Assembly (NCBI GenBank): GCA_051294905.1
Contig: CM119372.1
Span: 24,802,001 to 24,866,000 of the forward strand
From: Botryllus schlosseri
Lineage: Eukaryota
DNA length: 64,000 nucleotides
Direction: 5' to 3'
The notes beneath the pieces are model-generated. The model did no database searches. It was not told the DNA's origin and saw only the letters and a list, made by a program, of their open reading frames with translations. The position numbers and the translations under genes were made by a program. This document shows, piece after piece, positions 13,921 to 25,879 of the stretch. Position 1 is the stretch's first letter. Each line of letters opens with the position of its first letter.

Positions 13921-15728
13921 GTATACACTATACAGGAATGGAGTGGAACATAGGTCATGAATTTGGCTATCTGTAATGTGAGCTCTGGTGATTGCTACTT
14001 GCTAGGGTCTGCAATAGATTTCTCCACTGGCCGGATGAAATCATCTGAAGGGCCGTGTCTGGCCTGTTAGGATTGTGTTTGACAGTCCTGCTTCACTGTT
14101 AGGTCGGTGCGGTTATCTGTTGATGTGTTTTAATAAGGTCCAAAACTACATTTTTTTCTCCTCCCTCCCGGCAAAAAAAAGCACTGCTGTTGGGCCCACC
14201 ATAGGGTAGTCGATGTAACTTGTTGGGCACTTACTATATGCATTTGGCTCTTAAATTTTATGTATGAATTCTGTCAATAATATTGATTCTTCCATATATA
14301 TTAGGCTTCTATAAAATGCACCAACAGGTTGCACATCTGGTGATTTCCAACCTTTTATGGTCGCGACCTCATTTCCGACTTGAAAATGTTCCGTCGCAAA
14401 GCTCAAAACTTGATCAGCTGCATGATTACTAAAAAAATTCAGCTTGCCCAAACTTACTCACGGCCAAGGAAGCTAATTACGTCCAACATCATCGCAATCC
14501 CCAGATAAAGGCGAACGCCCTCAAGATTTGGAACCACTGTCTGTGACTGAAGCATCCAATCGGTCTTAATCAACTCTAGGAATATACCGTTAGCTTAAAA
14601 TTGCGATTACAATCAGACTTATTTCAGTAAGTGATGGTTATTTATATTTATTTTGATTACATTTTTGGCTAGGGTGGTGCCTGGTGCCTATATTAATATC
14701 ATTATACGTCGCATGAACTCGCGTGCGGCGCGAAGAACAATTTTGAATCTCATATATCTGCTTGAAAATAATATTGTTTATGTTGATTTACGAAAAACGT
14801 TTGAGCCTGCTTCAAGCCTTCAAAATTCCGGACATTTAGGCATATTTTAGAAATTCCTCCCGGACGCAGATTTTTCAGTAAAATTCCGGACATGTCCGGG
14901 AAATTCCGCACGTATGGCAACCCTATTATATGGGCCATGATGGGCTCATGGCCAATTATCGAAACTAATAAAAAAAACAGCTCATACTCACTATGGGCTT
15001 TCGTAAATCTTCATGTCTTTCTGTATGTTGGAGAAAATATGAGATTCAACTTGTACATGATGCTTTCAACCCGTAATTTAATTTGTTTCATGAAACTTTA
15101 GGTTTAGACCGACTCATCCTCGCTATCGCGAATTGTCAGTATGATCTGAAAGTTGTATGCTATCATTTTTCCCGGCGGGCCAAATGTGAAGAAGAAAGTT
15201 CGTCGGCGGGCCGAGACAAAAGTGTAGACTATATTCTGCGACGAGTAGTTTTATTTCTAAATTGAAGGCAGTGAATTACATTGTTTTAACACATAGGCCT
15301 ATTGCAGAGTGGATGCGTTATTAGGCCGCTCACTCTGTGTTGCTTGGTACAATAGCCTTGCTGTTTTGCTAGCTTCCCCAGCTGGTCCGCAGAAGCCGAG
15401 TGTATGTATTCATTGCATATTTTTTTTCATATTGCCCACTCAAATTATATTCCTTAAACACGGAAACTTGCTCGGTGCTCACCATAAACTAAAAATGCCG
15501 GTTCACCGATGACTTCAGTAAACAAATATTTAGTGCTCCAAATCTTGTTGAAATGTCGGCCTTCAGCCGCACCTTTCACTGCTTGACATACCATCGTTTG
15601 TGAGTGAGGATGACCGCTAATTACATGCTCTGATTGGAATTACGAATTAGGATCTGGAAACTTATGACGTAACAGTTTGAAGCACAGGCCTGGCAACAAA
15701 TGAGATTTGAACTTGAATATGAAAACAG

Positions 15729-17340
15729 TAGGGTTACCATACGTCCTCTTTTAAGAGGATTTGTCCTCTTTTTTCAACAAATAGAAAGTGTCCTCGGAGG
15801 ACGCCTGAATGTCCTCTTTTTAGGAATTTGAGTTCTTTTTCTAGAAAAATTATTAAAATGCGATCAAAAACTCGACTCCGACGCAACGAACGTCAGAATT
15901 GCCAAGACAAACAACGAAAAATGTGGCGCGACGGGTGATTCGGTAGCAGAGTTAGTCAGTAACGAAGTACTTCTACTTTTTCGAAGTACATAAGTAGTTT
16001 CCCTCTACTTCTGGTACTTACTCAAGTAGATCTGATTTTCGCTACTTCTACTTCTACTTGATAATATTTTGTGATCTACTTACTTACTTTTCGCTATTTT
16101 CATTTTGTCAAGTAGAAGTAGTTCAATCCTCCATTCAGGAAGATACCCTGAGGATTTTCGGGGCTGTTTTCACGGAGTATAAACATTAAATTTTCATAAA
16201 AGTTGGGTAAAGCTCAGAATTTTCGTCGCGCTTCGCGCGCAGTGGATACGGAGATACCAGTATGATTACACGAAAGTATCGTTGAATATAATTTCGGTAG
16301 CGGGTTGGCGTGGCTCCGTTCACACCACATTGTCACTCTTCGCCCATATGAAATATTTCATCACAGTATATAGGGTTCATCACAACGTTTGAAACTGATG
16401 TTTCGCAAACTAGCATTTACTTATCATATCGTAATCCAGCATGTCCATTGGGTGTCCTAAACTCCTAATCTGGAAAAGTGGACTCTGACTTTTTTAGTTT
16501 TAGAGCAGTTTTACCATACCACATTACCACCTTTGAAATTTTCAGGACTAAAGACATGAAATACATGTTCCGCTTTTAGAAGTAGTATTTATAAGTCACT
16601 TTCAGTTCCCAGTATCATATACTTTGAGTTCTAATTAATATCAGTTCTTTTGATTGGATAACATACATGTTGAAGTATAAAAGCAAGTGTAGTAATGCCT
16701 TTAATTTCTGGAAATAAAGCTACACAATATGGTATTTTTCCGGTACACCATATTCTTTATTAACGTTTACTAATCGCGCAAAGTATTTGCACATTACAAC
16801 TTCTTCTTATTGATCTACGACTAAACTACGGTCCTTATAATATGGGGGAGGGCGCCATACCATGATATTTACTTAAACGTGCTGTTCGAGAAAACAGCAT
16901 TTCCATATCAATACTCTCATTTTCATCCCATGATGCGGACGAATGCTTATGCTGTCGAAAATTGGATACCTCCTGGTATGCATCAACATGGATCGAGCTC
17001 GACACCTTTCGCATATAGTTCAATTTGCACCTTTTGACAATCCATGTGAACGAATTATAGGATTGTTTTCACAACTACTTACTTACTTGAGTAGATTTAA
17101 AGTCGGTCAATTCTACTTCTACTTCAAGAAGTTTTAGGTTGCTTGCGGATGAAGTACTTCTACTCGTACTTGAGTAGATTTTTTCGTTGCTACTTCTACT
17201 TCTACTTGAGTAGCTTTCTGGACTACTTTGACTACCTCTGTTCGGCAGTCACTAGTCGAGTCAGAGTGTTGACCTTTTTTTTCTTCTTCTTTAGTCAACA
17301 CAGTACGATTGGTCGAAAGAAAAATCAAAGTATAAGTTAT
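15729..17340. mobile_element. TAGGGTTACCA/GTCCTC-motif MITE interrupted by the 15947-17240 element; right end uncertain
   Basis: 15729-15820 is the reverse complement of 33800-33915. The GTTGACC-T(n)-AGTCAAC motif resumes after 17248, as in the 33498-33915 copy. Confidence 0.6.
15947..17240. mobile_element. AGTAGA/TACTT-motif MITE (family B), uninterrupted copy
   Basis: Termini CAGAGTTAGTCA / TGACTACCTCTG with TSD TTCGGTAG/TTCGGCAG (7/8). Dense TACTTCTAC/GAGTAG subterminal repeats. Inverted homologue of the 22721-28671 host. Confidence 0.85.
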
Positions 17341-17462
17341 AAATCAGAGTAAATAAATAAACGAGACTTCAAAGTAAACACATTTCCGGATCCGTTTGTA
17401 TAGTAGTTATCGTCCACGCATTAAAATGCAGAAGCTCGCCAATCAGAGATATGGCATTACAC

Positions 17463-19563
17463 CAGGGCTCTTTAACCGGGTGTATCGTATACACTCCAGG
17501 GTGTACCAAAATTGTATAAGGGTGTACCACTCGGATGGGGTGTACCGGGGTGTACCAGATCCGCATTAAAATGGACCAACGGCCAGCTATCACAATAGAT
17601 AGGCGTGTTTATGCTTCAGAACATATTGACCAGGTGTGGAATATCGTACAAGGTCCATTGTTCATTAATTGTGCGCAGTAAATCACATTCATTTTGTGAT
17701 GTCATAAGAAAATGCTTCTCATCATTTAAACATTGGTAATGGAGGTACTGGTTCATTTTGAAGTCTAACAGGATGGAGTTGAATTCTGGTAACCTTGCGA
17801 CATCTATCTATAATGATTATTGGTGACATCGCCGTGAGAGCTCGGACATTTTGAATTGGTACTCCCTGTGAGATTTTTATAAATAGCGCAGTGTACATAA
17901 TTGCAGGGGCGATGCCAGGGGGTCGAGTTGGAGAATCCCTGTACTAGATGTTGGTCCGGTAATCTCGAGCCCTGATTAGTATTCAGCACTTCCGATATGC
18001 TGCATTGCTCATCCTTATTTCAACAGGCCAGAGGTGGCCAACCTGCAGACGTACGGTCGTATGCGGCCGTAAAACATAAATTTTGCGGCCCGCCATGCGT
18101 CATTAAGTTAGCGTGTGGTTGCGGCCGTCAACATGGAATTTGAATTAACGAATTGGTTCCAAATCTTTGGGATTTTCAATTCAACCTGAGAATTCTATTC
18201 AGGGTGACTTGGATTATTCGTTTTTGGTATAATATAGTGCAGGGGTGGCCAACCTGCGGCGGTCGAAGGACATGTGTGCCGATGTCGGCACATATAATTA
18301 AATTAGTATGTGTTGGCGGCCGTCGATATGCAAATTGAATGTTCGAATCGACTGCCGAATCTTTGAGAGATTTTATTTCTCCTGAAGTAAATTTTCTTCG
18401 CGTTACGCGCGATTCAATGCGACTTCGTTTTATATTTTAATAGTATCGATCTTTGTAATCTGAGCGACACAGTACAGATTCGAGCAGAAAAGGTAAATGA
18501 TGAGCCCCACATAGATATGCCAACTCGGAATCGTATGCTCTTCACGAAAGAAATTTGTTTCTGGTACGTTTGGGTGTTTGTAATATTTTTCCACTATTAC
18601 CGACAATCCTGATGGGAGGTCAGGTAATAACAGCATGCAACGAAGTGACTAATAACAATTGGCCAACCCAAAGATGTGTCATCATTGATAACTTGCCCTA
18701 TATTTTCGAAGATATCCCTTCCATCAACTCTACCGGTGAATCTGACCACAAGGGTAGAGAAAGGATAAATGTTTGAAAGTAATATATGAAACTACTAATA
18801 TTAATGACTAAATTAATTTGTGAATCTGAAAAAAAATTCGCGCTTTACGCGGCCATTACCATTCTCGTCACATGACCACTCGCGATTTCGGTGCGTATAT
18901 ATATATATATATTAAGCCGATATGAATAAATAGATCAGTCCGTAGTTCACCGGAAATGGATGTGGACAGTTTTGTTTTTATTGAACCCTTTTGACCCACA
19001 ATTTTCGAAGACACCTCCTCCATCATCTCTACCGGTTAATCTGACCACGTGGGCTAAGAATGAATGAATATTTGACAGTGGTATATCAAACAATCAATAC
19101 TATCGACGAAATATATCTTCCAGGGGGAGAGTTTTTCTCGCTCTGCACCACTCAAATAGGAATCCAGATAACTTTTCCTAGCATTTATAATCGCAATTTT
19201 GATACATATATAGAAAGCCTGTGGGGGTATTCTGCTGCTAAAGTTGAAAACTTTTATAGGTAAGGTACATCTCAAGAAATCAGTGATGGCACAGAACACC
19301 ACAAGGGATCCCCGCGGTGTAACGCTCCTTGTAGCCAGTTTTAACATGGGTATATGACTTCCAGATGGGCCATGACGACTTTCCGCCGGAATGCGGCCCT
19401 ATGCTATATATGTAATCGAAATGTGGCCGTGATTAGCAAAAAGGATGAACACCCCTGGATTAGGCTTACTATACTGAAGCAGTGTGTTATACGGTCAGGG
19501 ATGTACGGTTTTCGAGTAAACGTTAAAAGGGTGTACCACAACGAAAAAGGTTGAAAAGTACTG
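17463..19563. mobile_element. Degenerate GGGTGTACC-motif hAT-like MITE containing nested CAGGGGTGGCCAAC-family copies (starts at 18029 and 18240, end at 19457)
   Basis: CAGGGCTCTTTAACC start with GGTGTAC repeats and a ...GGGTGTACCAC..AAAGGTTGAAAAGTACTG end. The inner segment 18240-19457 is homologous to 20236-20916. Confidence 0.55.
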
Positions 19564-19600
19564 CATCACACACATCACTATTCGCGTAGCCTAAGCCTAC

Positions 19601-20077
19601 CAGAGATGAGCATGGATTAGGGTTAGGATTTGAAAAAACGGATTTGTGAAATTTTGTCGGATTTGGATTGGATTAGGATTAGGATTAGAGATTTTTTTCT
19701 GAACGGATTAGGACTTGGATTGGATTTATACCGATTTCTGGTAGATTGATACATCGTATGGCAAATGACAACAAACTTTATTCAGATCAGTTGTTGATGT
19801 TGATGTACTTATGGTACACTAGACTACGGTACACTCGGTTTCAATGAACATAAGAGGTGCAGTCCTATGCTAAGTTATCAATCAAAAGAATTGTTGGTTG
19901 TAGTAGAAAAATTTCCAATTTCTCCCTTTCATAAATTAGCATTTTTTTCTGAATTCCAAGTTAGAATAGGATTAGGATTGGTCAGGGATTTGAATATAGC
20001 GAATTCATGGATTAGGATTTGGAGCTTCGGATTTGGATTGGATTAGGACATCAAAATTCCAAATCACCTCATCACTG
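19601..20077. mobile_element. GGATT(A/T)-motif MITE
   Basis: Termini CAGAGATGAG / CTCATCACTG with a perfect TSD AAGCCTAC (19593-19600, 20078-20085). GGATTA/GGATTT arrays near both ends. Confidence 0.88.
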
Positions 20078-20235
20078 AAGCCTACCATCTAAAAATCTCT
20101 CTCGCGCCACTAGTGGTACGCTTATCACACTTTGAGAACCACTGGTGCAACCATAGTGTCCTATATGGTAAGGACACTAGCAAATCTCACGGGTCGGTGA
20201 AATTCGTCTACGTCACATTGCCATTTGGTCGAAGG

Positions 20236-20916
20236 CAGGGGTGGCCAACCTGCGGCCGCAGAAGGAAATTTGTGCGGCCTTAGACACGAAATTCAATTAG
20301 TATGTGTTGGCGGCCGTAGACATGCAATTTGAATTTACGAATTGACTCCCGAGTCCCGATTTCTTGAGATATTTTAATTAAACTTGAAATTTTCTTTGCA
20401 CTACGTGCGATTCAATGTGACTTCATTTTCGATTATAATATAGTAGAGCCCTTTGCAATTGGAGCCCCACAGTACAGTTTCAAACCGCAGAGGAAAATGA
20501 TGCGTCCCATATAGAATTACCAACTTGGAATCGTGTGCTCCCATTCTACCGACAATCATGATGGGATTTGTAGCTTTCCTCAAATTTTCGAAAACATTAC
20601 TCCATCAACTTTACATTTGAAACTGATCACATGGGCTAAGAAAGGATAATTGTTTGATAGTAATATGTAAAACCACTGATATTAATGACGAAATTCATTA
20701 GTTGACCTGAAATTTTTTCGCGCTTCGCATGAATGTGAGCAATCCCATAACATGACCAGAGTGACCACTCGCGATTTGGACATGGACATTTTAACAGGGG
20801 TATTTGACGTCCAGCTATAGTTCATTACGGCCATGCCCCGGAATGCGGCCGTAGACTACATGAGTACTGAGTAGTCGAAATGCGGCCGTGAATGGCTAAA
20901 AGGTTGGCCACCCCTG
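20236..20916. mobile_element. hAT-like MITE with CAGGGGTGGCCAACCT TIR and GCGGCC motifs
   Basis: Perfect TIR CAGGGGTGGCCAACCT / AGGTTGGCCACCCCTG and perfect TSD GTCGAAGG (20228-20235, 20917-20924). Confidence 0.93.
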
Positions 20917-22726
20917 GTCGAAGGCAATTTGACGGAAATTTTTGACCGGCTTGTCGAGCATTAAATTTGATAAAATGGGTATCAATCGAAAGCTACCGTG
21001 GTACTGATTGCGAAAATTTAAATATTATTCTGCTGGTGGTCCTGGATCCCCCAAAATCAGCCGCGAATGTTGCATTGTAACGGAGTTTGGTATTGTGACG
21101 CAACCATGCCGTCTGAGCAGCTCAGGAGAGCGTGAATAATGCTCAATCGGTTGCGCAACAATGACCAATATACGCACGTGGTTTGCGCTGCTTCTCACCT
21201 GCTCCCAGATGGCATGGCTGCGTCACAATACCAAACTCGCGGGCTGCGGGTTGATAGCCCCTGATCTATACGGTACCTCCAACGATTACGATGTCCTAAT
21301 GCAGTGGTTCTCCGCCGCTGGCCGCGGTAATCTTCCTGCCGGTCCGCCAGATATATAATAAATTTTAAATATACGTGTAAGTTTGGAACGTATTTTATGC
21401 ATGGTGTCGTAATAGAGAGATCATGGTCAACATTGGGCGTACGTCACAAAGGTGCTAGTGTACGAAACTGTTTAAAAGAAGCCTACAACTCGTTTCGGAG
21501 AAGTTATGTGTGAAAGCTATACGGATACTTTTAAACGAACTTTGTTTAATTTCGGCAGTGCAATTAAGCGAGACTTTGTAGCAGAAGATATGGCTATAAC
21601 AAACAGCAAATGTCGCATTGTTCCAAAAGATAGAGAGCAATCACAATCGAGTTAATGGTCTTTAACTGCACTTTGCGATCTTCGCCTTGCCAATCGAACT
21701 ACATATAAATATCTTATATCTAAAAGGCTGCATTAATATTACATTGATTTGCATATACAATTAAATAGTATATTCATATTGAAATGAACCCGAATATTTT
21801 CGGCTGACACTCGTCAGGGGTAATCGTCAGCAACTAGTAGAGAATTGGAAAGAACATTGTATATCAACAATCGTATCACAAAATATGACGTCACCAGCAT
21901 GAAATTTCGAATGAGAGAGCGTTCAATGTACTATTTTTAGGTGGTACACGAACTCCTTTTGTTGACAGAGTTTTGGTTGGTGTATTTTGATAAAAGTTGA
22001 TTCCAAGGCACACAAATGGAATTGTGAACGGCCTCGTTTGCATATATATATTGTAATTGAATTTAGGGTTGATTTTCATTTCTCTGGTCCCAACATATGT
22101 TTTGAAGTTTTACCTGTCCGCGAGGTCAAAAAGATTCAGAACCACTCGCCTAATGTATATCCTTTCATCGTGCGATGCAAAATCTTTTTCATGCCGCGTG
22201 TGCGTACCAATCTGTTTTTTTTCGTGCAGTTTGCTGGTGAAAATCTTGAGCGAAAAAAGGTTGCCTATATGTTTTGTCACAATGCCTGGGACATGTCATT
22301 ACTATTCTTACGTGTTTAGTTACAGCATATGTTCATGGAATCACAAATTATCCAACTTGGCAGCTTGAATCGCATTCTTTTGCAACAACATCGCGATCGA
22401 CCAAGAATGACCCAGTTATCGACTTGAACTATAGCAACCTATTGGGGTTGCAGCTGTGAATAGTACTATTGCGCCATCTCGCAACTATTCCTATGTGTGT
22501 GCTATGATCATGCCACCCGCGGCTTCCGTCAAGTTGAAAAACTGGTCCTTCGCCAGTATTGTCTTTGAAGTGCCTACTTTATAGCAAGAGTAGAGGGTAT
22601 GCAGACAACATGCGGCAGCATGAACAATTGAACTTAAACGAATGGGAAATGTTCGAATTGTGCTGTAACAATAATAAATATGATTATTTCTTGAACGCGC
22701 GTATTCCATGATCTTAATGTCAGAGG

Positions 22727-24221
22727 CAGTGTTGGGATGACTCGAGTCATGACTTGACTCGATTCAGACTCGAGTCACCTTTTTCGTATGACTTGACTTG
22801 ACTCGAGTCACTTAGCTAAAATGACTTGACTCGACTTGACTCGGCGTATCGGAAATGTGGATTGACTCGTGACTCGGAGCAAAATGGACGAGTCAATTTC
22901 AAGTCATCAAGTAATCGGTGCCGATAAAAATTACTGTATCTTGCATATGGTCGCGAAACGCTGGTGTAGCCCGTGAGAGCGACCAATCATTCAATGATCG
23001 TGCGTTTTAATGAGCCTCCATTGTTCTCTCACAAATAAATTTACCGCGAACGAAGTGATCGAAGCTTACAGTTTATGTTGTCGTAAACTAGTATAGTGAA
23101 GTAATTTAATAGCAAAATGTCTGTTTCTGTTCTCTGTTATTACCTTAGCCAAACCTCTTGTCTTATTGAAATTGGATTCGAATTTAGTTTATGTAGTCCT
23201 CAACCATTGGCGTAGGCTCGAATTGTATCATATCAATTCCTAAATGGGTAGTGTATTGCATCTTATCAATTCGTTCTCTACTCTCTAATTTGGTTGGGAA
23301 CTATAACATGAGGCTATGCAATTAGTTACGTAGTTTTACAGTTCTACGTATATGTGAGCGATACAGCGCCTTCTTGTGTGTATATTTACCTCTATATCCG
23401 TTCATCGGTTCAGAATCAATGACCAGTGACCACTCAATCTGTATTTCAGACAGCTAGTAAAATGCAATGACGTAATCATGCCTCATACTTTGAAAGGGCA
23501 ACTTGACTTGAATTGTGACTTGACTCGTGACTTGACTTGACTTGATTCGACTTGACTCGAGTCACCTCCAAAAATCGAGTGACTTGACTTGACTCGAGTC
23601 ACCTTCGAAAATCGATTGACTTGACTTGACTCGAGTCAAAATGTGTAATGACTCGAAAGTAGGGCTGGGCAAAATGATTCGAGTACTCGAATCTGAATCG
23701 AGTAGTAATTTTAATGATTCGAGTCGAGTAGTAAAAGACGATTTTTTCGAGTACTGAAATTATACGGTCCTCGCAACTAAAAGTTAATTTACTGACGAGA
23801 ATTATAATTTTGAGATCATTTTCCACTGAGGAAGCCGTGAAACCTTGATTGGCCGTGTTTGAGCATACCAGGCACAGTTTAAAGCTACGAACGTTACTTG
23901 AAATAACACATTTCCGAAGTCATTATCATCCAACAAAATTGTTAAGAAATACAATGAAATCGGTATGGTCGAAAAAATACCAAAGTATCTTTAATGTGAT
24001 GGCTAACAGGTATTACATTCTTTGTGGTGGCATAAAAGGTTCATATTTGGACCTCGACATAGTACATCCTGTTGTGACGTCATAATGAATGATACTCGAT
24101 TACTCGACTCGACTCGAAGCATATTACGTGATTCAGAATCGAATCACTCAGGTACTCGATTTTGCCCAGCCCTACTCGAAAGGACTCGTGACTCGAAGGT
24201 AGTGACTTGATCCCAACACTG
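22727..24221. mobile_element. GACTC/GACTT-motif MITE
   Basis: TIR CAGTGTTGGGAT / ATCCCAACACTG with TSD GTCAGAGG/ATCAGAGG (7/8). GACTTGACTCGAGTC arrays at both ends. Confidence 0.9.
23660..24174. mobile_element. TAGGGCTGGGCAAAAT-TIR MITE (TCGAGTA motifs) nested in the GACTC element
   Basis: Perfect TIR TAGGGCTGGGCAAAAT / ATTTTGCCCAGCCCTA and perfect TSD CTCGAAAG (23652-23659, 24175-24182). Confidence 0.93.
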
Positions 24222-24715
24222 ATCAGAGGTGGTCACAGTAGTCAAGAAAGCTACTCAAGTTGAGGTAGAAGTAGCGACGAAAAAATCTACTCAAGTACGA
24301 GTACAAGTACTTCTTAGACAAGCCATCTAAAACTACTTGAAGTAGAAGTAGAAGTAGAATTGACTGACTTTAAATCTACTCAAGTAAGTAAGTAGTAGTT
24401 TTGAAAACAGTCGTAATTCGTTCGCATGGACTGTCAAAAGCTGCAAATTGAGCTATATGCGGAATGTGCAGAGAGCTTGGTTCGTATTGATGCATCCCAG
24501 GACTCCAGGAGGGATGAATTTTAGACAGAATAAGCATTCTTTCGTATCATGGGATGCAAATTATAGTTTTGATATGAAAATGCGATACTAACCCTTTGTT
24601 TACAGGAAGACCCCTTATTAGAGAATATCATGGCATGGTGCCCTACTCCATATTATAATGCCCCAAGTTTAGGCGAAGAGCAATACGTAGAAATGGTATC
24701 GGATACGGTTTCATC

Positions 24716-25148
24716 TAGGGTTGCATTCAAAACAAAAATCAACTTAAAACAAACATGTTTAAAACGAGGCCCTAATTTAAAACATGCTTTTTATTGTTTT
24801 TATGTTTGACGTCACGAATATTCAATTGTGACGTGATAGTGGATTGACATCAACGATTGAAAATATAGAGTAAATAGACCTCCTTTGACGAAATATATGC
24901 ACTATTATTGTTGAGCAGACTATTTTGACTGTTCCAACCATCCTATCGATATACGTCGGTTATATCGGTTGGGTATTGTCCGTAGGCTCATACAACATGT
25001 TTTTTGGAAAGTATTTACACAATTATGGCATAATTTTACAACTACAAAAAAAAAATTTGTTTTTTTAAAGGCCTTTTCTAAAAACACTGTTTAAAAGATG
25101 TTTTGAATAAAGTGTTTCAAAACACTGTTTCTTTTAAATGCAACCCCA
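24716..25148. mobile_element. TAGGGTTGCATT-TIR MITE nested in family B
   Basis: Termini TAGGGTTGCATT / AATGCAACCCCA with a perfect TSD GTTTCATC (24708-24715, 25149-25156). Confidence 0.9.
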
Positions 25149-25879
25149 GTTTCATCACTTTGCGCGATTAGTATACGTTAATAACAAATATTGTCGATCG
25201 TGTTATGTTTAGTGAAGCTTTATTTTCGGAAAATAGAGGCAATATTACACCTGCTTTAATGCTTCAACATGTATGTTCTGCAAAGTATGATACTCGGAAT
25301 TCAAAGTGAAATACAAATACCCCTTCAAAAAGCGGAGAATATATTTCATGTCTTTCGTCCATAAAGCTTCAAAGGTGATCGGCTAAGACAGGTGTAACGT
25401 TAAAAAAAGCAGGATTTCCAGATTAGCAGGACACGTCATGGGCTGCTAGATAACGACATGATAGGTAATTGCTAGATTGCGAAATAGTAGTTTCAAACGT
25501 CATGGTGGGCCATATTTACTATGGTAAAATATTTGATATGCTGGGCGACAATGCGATGTGAGCATAACCAAGCAATCCGGTACCTAAATTATATTCATCG
25601 ATACTTTCGTGAAAACATATTTGTCAAGGTGGCAAGAGAGCGTAGTGGTATGACCCACGGCTGCAGTACTAATGGGTTGCGGGTTCAAGTCCGACCGAGG
25701 CCGAGTCCAGAATTCCTACCAAAATGTTGGAGGTTCATCTAGGCTAGGGTTGCCATATTTTTGTGAAGCAAATTCCGGACACTCTTTAGCGCCCACTAGC
25801 GGATTTTAAAATGAGGTTACCACATTGACCGTCAATATGACGTCACACTAGCAGAGTATTGCCCATCGACTGTATACAC

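Larger units (their letters stand above)
12771..14925. mobile_element. Family A composite non-autonomous hAT-like element (full length) in an intron of the sulfotransferase pseudogene
   Basis: TIRs CAGGGTTACCATA / TATGGCAACCCTA with a perfect 8-bp TSD TTATATGG (12763-12770, 14926-14933). TCCGGA-rich subterminal motifs; no ORF. Confidence 0.92.
11165..15145 (-). pseudogene. Sulfotransfer_4-like (P-loop sulfotransferase family) pseudogene; three 3' exons 15145-14992, 11661-11552, 11457-11165
   Basis: Phase-compatible GT-AG exons give IILTIRDSED..., ...FSPTY..., ...YRAHNANVTQ|DAPKEKLPIFNCREGW/DPLCEFLGVPIPREPFPHLN and a C-terminal hydrophobic helix, the motif order typical of this family. Disablements: in-frame TAA, TAA and TGA in exon 15145-14992, and a 1-nt deletion at GGATGG^ATCCG (about 11410). 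The 5' exons were not found. Confidence 0.8.

Noticed and set aside
17720..18024. Long - strand frame with two stops, resembling a decayed coding fragment
   Set aside because: No family motif recognised; needs a BLASTx/HMM search.
19612..19730. TTAGGG-like run suggesting an interstitial telomere
   Set aside because: Only one or two true units; the rest is GGATTA/GGATTT subterminal motif of a TSD-bounded MITE.
25631..25700. Possible genuine tRNA-Cys gene
   Set aside because: The acceptor and anticodon stems do not pair properly, and it continues into a shared body and CAAA tail flanked by a TSD, so it is a SINE head.
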